Positions 55,221 through 64,000 of a stretch of DNA of 64,000 nt are shown piece after piece (within the stretch, counting starts at the first letter, position 1; every line of letters begins with the position of its first letter). A model generated the notes under the pieces. That model was not told the DNA's origin. It did no database searches and worked only from the letters and a program-made list of their open reading frames with translations. This DNA is from Eledone cirrhosa (lineage: Eukaryota). The DNA lies in contig OZ024741.1 of assembly GCA_964016885.1 (NCBI GenBank), positions 171,864,001 to 171,928,000 on the forward strand, given 5' to 3'. Both the position numbers and the translations under genes were made by a program.

Positions 55221-55241
55221 TGAACTAACTGTTGTGCAACC

Positions 55242-55381
<140 letters not shown>

Positions 55382-55593
55382 AATGTGTAACCATTGCGGT
55401 GGTATACCAAATATATTTGCAGCAATAAATCTGCAAGTGGCATCTAGTTTAGCCAGATGATATGATCCAGATGTCCAACACACACCTTAAACAAAAACAT
55501 AAAAGACTAATAAAGTGATATGAAAAATTATCATTATGATGGTTTCAGAGAAGAAAGCCCTCTGAAGCAAGTGTTTTGGCCCTTAATGAATGT

Positions 55594-56025
55594 CATCATC
55601 ATCATCATCGATTTACGTCCGGGTCGTCCTGTTATGGGCAGTGTCCGTTCGGCTGACCTTGTCTTGCTCATACAGGAACTGATTCTGGCTTGATTTCTAC
55701 AGCTGGATGCCCTTCCCAACACCAACGTCATTTACAGTGAGTGCTGGGTGCTATTTTTCCGTGGCGCCTACACGACCACTTTACAGTGTGGGCTGGGTGC
55801 ATTTTTGCCGTGGCACCTCCACGACCACTTTGTAGTTGAATGATATGGACCCCAGTCCTATCATCTCATTTCTACAGCTGAGTAAACTGGAGCAAAGTGA
55901 AATAAAGTGCCTTGCTCAAGGATCACCCGCTCTGAGAATTGAACATCACCCGCTCTGAGAATTGAACTCACAACCTTTCGATTGAAAGCCCAATGCTCTA
56001 ACCACTAAGTCATGCGCCTTCGCAC
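55594..56025 (-). mobile_element. CORE-type SINE S2 copy with internal 23-bp duplication
   Basis: Reverse complement of S2; ATCACCCGCTCTGAGAATTGAAC twice (55922-55967). Confidence 0.85.
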
Positions 56026-56026
56026 A

Positions 56027-56058
<32 letters not shown>

Positions 56059-56214
56059 ACGAAGGAAATGTGGTAAGGAACCAGGTGGACCATAACGCAC
56101 CAAAGTACTCAATACTTAGGGTAGTAGAGTGGGTAATAGGAACCAGTAAGACCCCGACGGCTGAGCTCAAGCCGTCGAAACGGCTTGAGCTCAGCCGTCG
56201 GGGTCTTACTGATT

Positions 56215-56268
<54 letters not shown>

Positions 56269-56324
56269 TATGTATGTATATGTATATATTTATATATATG
56301 TATATATATATATATGTATGTATA

Positions 56325-56427
<103 letters not shown>

Positions 56428-56901
56428 CAACAATGTAATTACTGTATTTACAGAACAACATATGAAAACGATAAAGTACTCACAATTTCATCAATTGAAT
56501 CAGCCAGTCACCTCTTAGTTTAGCACACACAAAAATCCACAGGAGTACAACAATCTATTTTTGGTATTTCCATTTTCCCTTTAAACTTATCTCCGACTGG
56601 CCGATATTTATGACCTGATTGGCGCCAAATTTACCCTTTCAAAACCTCCGTTATCTATAATAGCCATTTGTATACTACCAAAGATAAATTAATTTATAGC
56701 ATATTTCTTTTCAGCACAAAAAAACACTTTTTATTACCAAAATGGTCCTCTATGACCTCTAGAATATTTCCTTCTCAGCTAAAGACATTTCTTACTCCAA
56801 CAGTACCAAAAATACCTGAAGCTTATACGTTGTTCTTTATGTCGGTTTCCCTTCTACACTAATACCCTAAACAACTTATTATTGTTTATCATTTTTCCCT
56901 G

Positions 56902-57081
56902 GTGAATTGGCAGTATCAGTAGAGAGTCGGACATGCTTTCCAGCATAGTTACGTCCCTTTACAATCTGAGTTCAAATCACGCCGTGGTTAACTTTGCCTT
57001 TCATCCTTACGGGGTCGATAAAATTAAGTACCAGTAATGTACTGGGTGATTGCTGGCCTTGTGCTAAAAGTAGAAATAATT
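56902..57081 (+). mobile_element. SINE S1 with 11-bp TSD, inserted at a hammerhead-like core
   Basis: TSD ATTTTTCCCTG at 56891-56901 and 57082-57092. Confidence 0.88.
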
Positions 57082-57240
57082 ATTTTTCCCTGAAGAGGCA
57101 CCGGGAACGGATGTAGTGCGAGTGAGAAAATATGCAAACAAAATGTAATCGGTGATGAAATACCTATTAGATTAAATAATAAATATCTCTTGCCTGCTTT
57201 TACTAAAAATTAATAATTTATACTATATATATATATATAC

Positions 57241-57608
<368 letters not shown>

Positions 57609-57624
57609 ATATATTCATTTATAT

Positions 57625-57705
57625 TAAGGCTATAAAGTGAGTTTTGTTACTGTGGAGTTTCACCTCTTTATCACAGGGTCATCAGCCGTCAAAAACATAC
57701 GGATG
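57625..57705 (-). mobile_element. Family K pseudo-LTR fragment with hammerhead core (older copy ~30300-30400)
   Basis: Minus strand CTGATGA-CCCTGTGATAAAGAGGT-GAAA-CTCCACAG-TA; stem I is poor. Confidence 0.5.
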
Positions 57706-57775
57706 TATATTTATATATATATAAACACAACCCAGTATATTTTTGTCTCATCCATTCCTTCTTTGGCTTATATAA

Positions 57776-57866
<91 letters not shown>

Positions 57867-58053
57867 CATATATATATATAAATTTATATAACTCACTTCT
57901 AGCCGCTGATTTCTATCCTTTGAGGTAATGTTTTACCCAACGTCGATTCGACGACATTCTACTGTTTTAACAGCTTCCTTAATCCGATATTGCACATATT
58001 CCTACGAATTCTTATATACTCGCGTCTCAAAACTCGTTGTTCCAGTTAATTTT

Positions 58054-58455
<402 letters not shown>

Positions 58456-58614
58456 ATATATATATATAAAACAAAGAAAGTGTGATAGCAATCCATGTGG
58501 AGCATAACGCACCAGAGTAGTCGATACTTAGGGCAGTAGAGTGGGTCATAGGAAGTCATGGTTTAGTTCGGATCTAGCTGTCGGGGTCTTGACTGTATTC
58601 CTATATATATATAT

Positions 58615-59347
<733 letters not shown>

Positions 59348-59516
59348 GTATTTTAATGGAATGTAATGAATCTAGTGGAAAAACATAAACCATGCAACCG
59401 AAAAATCATGGTTTTTAATAATGTCTAGCTACTGTGCGAAAACAACTACCTGTACTACCTGACCGTGGTGGCTCCGTATGAAACAAGAAGCCTCCAAAGG
59501 TAAGGATACTCCAACA

Positions 59517-59597
<81 letters not shown>

Positions 59598-59989
59598 AAC
59601 AAACCGACAGCACAATATATTAAAAATTCACGTAAACATACCCTAAATTACAAATATACAAAAAATGACACATGGAAAAGCCCTTGACTATTTTTCACAT
59701 TTGAATGTCTGCAGGGAATTTCTTCAATACACCTCAATACAAGACTATTGTACATAAAATGCATAGCAAAGCACAATGTAACTGACAAGGAAACAAAATA
59801 TGCAAACAACGAAACTTACTACAATAGAAAACTTATAGCTTAAAAACACCTTTGTGGAGCTAAAATCTTTCCATACATCATGCCTGTGGAAAGCTGGTAA
59901 TAGACAGAGGCCAAATGGAAATTGTAGCCACCCAACCTACAGTAACCTGTTTTGCTTAAACATTTTTACGCCATCCTATATTTGTTAAC

Positions 59990-61275
59990 GCTGAGTGGCC
60001 AAACATTCGCTAGAGGCTGGCTTACACATCAACATCTCCAAAACAAAATGTATGACAACTGATAAAAACAATGCCAATCTCCAACTCACAATCTACAACC
60101 AGCAAATTGCTCAAGTTACGGAGTTTGTATATCTCGGTCACAAACTATCATCAAACAACAATGGAATGGTTGCTGCTCAGTATCGTATCGCTCTAGGTTG
60201 GGCACTTTCAACAAGAACATGGAAGTACTAACATCAAAACGAGTTTCCTATCATTTGAAGGCTAAGATTTTTGATACTTACATCCTTCCATGTTTTTTAT
60301 ATATGGTCTTGACTGTGTTAATTGGACGACAATGTCACTTCAGAAGCTCTCTACATTCCAGAACCGCATCATAAGACTTATGACTGGCAAGCGGCTCAGC
60401 GACTGTATCTGTATCAGTGAGCTGCTCAACATTACCAGAGTTTAGCGTCACAGACAGAGCAATCCGCTGCAAAACTTATCAGTTTTCTTTATCAGTTCCT
60501 ACATTCTCAAAGTTCTCCTACAATGTATCCGCGAACATTTTCTTTGGCTTACATATTTTCCTTGATTAAGTTCCCCATAAACATTTGCTTAGAGGTATGC
60601 TTGGCACCCATGCATGACACAATGTGTCCAGGCCACAGTAGTTAGATTCTCAAAATTGTTGCCTGGTTGGAACAAATCTCAGATGCTGTTAGAACATAAG
60701 AGAGTGAATTAAGTCTGTTTTATTTGCAGAATACGGTGTAAGTGTTTTCAATGGAATTGATCCAGGAGTCTAGAGTGATATTTGTAACACGTCCAAGCTT
60801 CAGAAGAGTACAGAATAGAGGATAACACAATGGAGTTATAATTAGATACTTTTGTTTCATTTTTGATATGGTTTTGCGACCAGACCTGAGTCTCTAAACC
60901 ACCAAAAGATTTGGCTGCTCATTGAATCTTTCGAGATATTTCTAAATCTAATGTTGCATCTTTATTTATTACACTTCTAAGATATATGAAGTATTCAACA
61001 ATCTTACGAAAATTACTTTTCCCGTATATTTTAGGTTGTTTCACAACTTGACCAAGTACAGGTTGACAAAAAAACTACCGTTTTCTTTGATATTATAATA
61101 AAAAAAAAAAAGATATCACACGCCGAAAAGAGAAGCAGAGGCCGGCAGCCAAAACGATGGTTTGACAATGTCAATTTATGGACATAGACTATTTGAACTC
61201 TGCTGCTGGTGATCGAACATTGTGTTAATGCGCAGTCTGCAACTGGCGGAGTTTAGTGACACAAGAAGAAGAGAA
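59990..61275 (+). pseudogene. Decayed RTE-type LINE 3' end with an antisense RTE fragment nested at ~60600-61080
   Basis: Plus strand GLHINISKTKCM..EFVYLG..RIALGW, later RSRGRQPKRWFDNV. Minus strand EYFIYLRS..EISRKIQ*AAKSFGGL..ILYSSEAWT. Confidence 0.7.
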
Positions 61276-61759
61276 GACATTCCAACAAACAAGTTTCATA
61301 GTGAGCTTAACCTTCTTGTGTTGTTGATTGACTACAGTAGTAGGATAACGATCGGCCCTACCCTTTATGTACTAGACCACCTGCCGAATCAGACATGTTC
61401 TCCTGTCATTTCTAAGTCCTTATTGACATTTACTAATTCTATGTGAGACGATTTAATTGAGTTTCAAAGCACATTTTATGATTAACTGTGATGTTAACTG
61501 AGCTCGTAGTGTAGAAAATAACTCTTGCAGTTAAACATATTTTGAGTGGACATAGCTTACACAGAAATATCCCAACCTCTTGAACACAGAAAATTTCAAG
61601 ACCAAAAATGTTATTTCAGAGTTTACCATCTCCTAGACTAGTTGCCATACCAGCTTTAGAATTTAGTTTAACCTATGAATCAGAGATTACTGATAGTACG
61701 GCCCTATTAAGGGGACCCTCAGAAATCAGAGATCTGACATTATATCAGAATTGTAAAAT

Positions 61760-64000
61760 AAAGAATGGGTCGCAGGTGGTGGATAGCGATACGGTCACCA
61801 GATATGATTCTTGTTGCGATATGAGTGGGCAATAGCCGGACGAATAAGCAACCTCGGACACTTGTAGCTCCAAAAAAAACTTTCACTACCCATTGACGTA
61901 GCTTTTATAAGCGACTAAAGGCCGCCTATAAGAAAGCATAGTCTTGGTGAGTTTGACAAAGTATTAGATTAGTGACTGGCGCGAATAAGACCACAGAAAC
62001 TGCAATTGCAATGTGGTGAGGAAAACAAACAAAAAATCACACAACATCGTCCTTCAGGCGGGTTAACAAGGGACGCGTTCAGGCCTTAGGTAGAGGGGTC
62101 TGCTCGAAAAATATATTTCAGTCTCCCTTTTATGCTGCAACAACTGGCAATGGGTCTGCGACCTGTCCTGAGAGGTGTGGGATGGACGCACAAAGATTGC
62201 GTATCCCGAGACCCAAAAGAAGGCCTGGAAGAGAGGAAACCTTGACAATTGGATCCTGGAACATCATAACACTGACAGATAAGGAGCGGGAACTAGTGGA
62301 GGGGGCGATATGCTACCGGTTAGATATAGTCGGGGCTTCCCCAACAAAGTTCCGTAGCTTTGGTACTGTAGATTTGGATGGAGGATTGAAACACCACTGT
62401 TCAGGTGTGGCACTAGAAATACCTGCACAGGTGGGAGTGGAGATATTCACAAGCCCCTAGTTGTCAGAATGTGTTATGGAATGGATCCCACTAGGAGGGA
62501 GGATTTGCCTCTTGTGGCTTAAGCTGAAAGATCTCTGTGGGCGGTGCAAGTTTATGCACCAAACAAGAAGTCAGAATACAGGCCCTTCCTCGATCAAGTC
62601 ACTGCAGCATTAGATATAGTAAAGACTGAGTCATATATCTTGATGGGAGCCTTCAATGCACATGTGGGCACTGACCACCTGACATGGAAATGAGTGATCG
62701 GAAGGAACGGTGACCCCGATCTAAATCGAATGAAGAGGCCTTATTAGACTTCTGTTCTAGCAATGGACTTTTTATTATGAACAACTTCTTCCAGCACAGA
62801 CATCCATAAACATACATTGTATAAAGGGGGCCAGGGACAGAGATCAATAATTGATTTTGTTATTGTCTCTGATCTCATCGATTCTTTGCTGAATGTTCGG
62901 GTTAAGAGAGGGGTTGTGCTGTCAACTAATCGCGATCTATTTATCTGCAACTTGAGATTACCTAAATCCGAAGAAGCCCCTAAAGCTTGCAGCTCCAGGG
63001 TGGCATACAAGATAAAGTGGGAAGCATTGTTGGATAAGGAAGCAAGTGCCAGGTGTGCAGATGCTATTACATCCAAATTTAGAGAACTCCCTAAGAAAAA
63101 AATGATGACGTTGAGACAGAATGGAGATAATTTATCTCAACAGTTTCTGCTTCAGTTGTTAATTGCTGCGAGTGAATGAGGCTTGGTGTGGTGCCGGATG
63201 GCAGGAGGACCCTTTGGTTCAATCAAAAGGTCGAAGATGCCATCCAAGCAAAGAAGGAAGTCTCCAAAACCTGGCTTGGAAATAACTCCTTCTTCTTGCA
63301 CTTGCGGTGCATGCAGGTACGAAAAATCACAGCAGAAACAGTACAGGCTTCCAAAGTCAAGGCATAGTAGGTAGGCTGGAATCCAACTTCAGATCAGCAA
63401 ATAAAGTGTTCTGGTAGACTATCCGCCGTCTTCGTAATAACAAGCCCCCTTCACACTTTCTATCAAGAACCCATCTGGTGTTCTCCTCTCTTCAGAGAGG
63501 TGCATCCTCGTGAGGCGGAGAAAATACTTTGCTGATCTCCTAAACTCATCCACAACAGCATCTTCTGATGTATAGCATGTACATTTGGGAGCAGTGACTG
63601 ATCTCTCAAAGACTGAAGTCACAAGTGCAGTTAATGAGCCCAAATGTGGCAAGACCGCTGGGGAAGATGATATTCAGCCCTAAATGTTAAAAGCCTTAAA
63701 CATATAAGGTATTTCTGGTTGACTCTTGTGTGCCGGGTGGCCTGGATCTCTGGAAGAGCACCTCTGAGCAATGGTAATCGGGAAAGATAATTTCAAAAAT
63801 GGAGACAAGAGAGATTGTTCCAATTATAGAGGGATCTCCTTGTTAAACCTACCCGGTAAAATCTATGCTAAGTGTCTGGCAAAGCGGTACAGGGAGATTG
63901 TCGAGTCAAATCTAATTGCTGAACAGCAACTTTGACCAAATATTCTCATTGCGGCAAGTCTTCGAGAAATCGTGGGAGCATCGCCAAGATGTACATTCTT
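61760..64000 (+). pseudogene. RTE-clade (Expander/Rex3-like) LINE, APE endonuclease plus start of RT, decayed and running off the window end
   Basis: LTIGSWNIITL, QVYAPN, MGAFNAHVG, SIIDFVIV...VKRG, NYRGISLLNLPGKIYAKCL; multiple stops. Confidence 0.88.

Overview
Very AT-rich, repeat-saturated animal DNA with no supportable host exon. The SINE and microsatellite landscape looks like a coleoid cephalopod (octopus-type) genome, which is an inference. Recognisable parts: one young 5'-truncated Dong/R4-clade non-LTR retrotransposon with an intact RT + restriction-like endonuclease ORF inside (TAA)n (44101-47050, -), an older decayed R4 copy, Tx1/L1-like and several RTE-clade LINE relics, Tc1/mariner relics, two abundant tRNA-derived SINE families, and a 5'-truncated Penelope-like (Naiad-type) GIY-YIG element. 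The main result is that most short 'unique' islands between (TA)n tracts are non-coding Penelope-type pseudo-LTR elements from at least ten sequence-unrelated families. Most carry type-I hammerhead ribozyme motifs, usually with a palindromic stem III (TATATA, TGCGCA, CAATTG, CGCGCG, CGATCG, CCGG). Several have very long stem II, and two have a compensatory U3:A8 core (UUGACAA). About 20 are fold-back insertions whose inverted arm typically stops a few nt before a shared, covarying ACTC..YY-GAGT bulged hairpin. All structures were read by eye; nothing was folded or searched computationally, and element boundaries are approximate.
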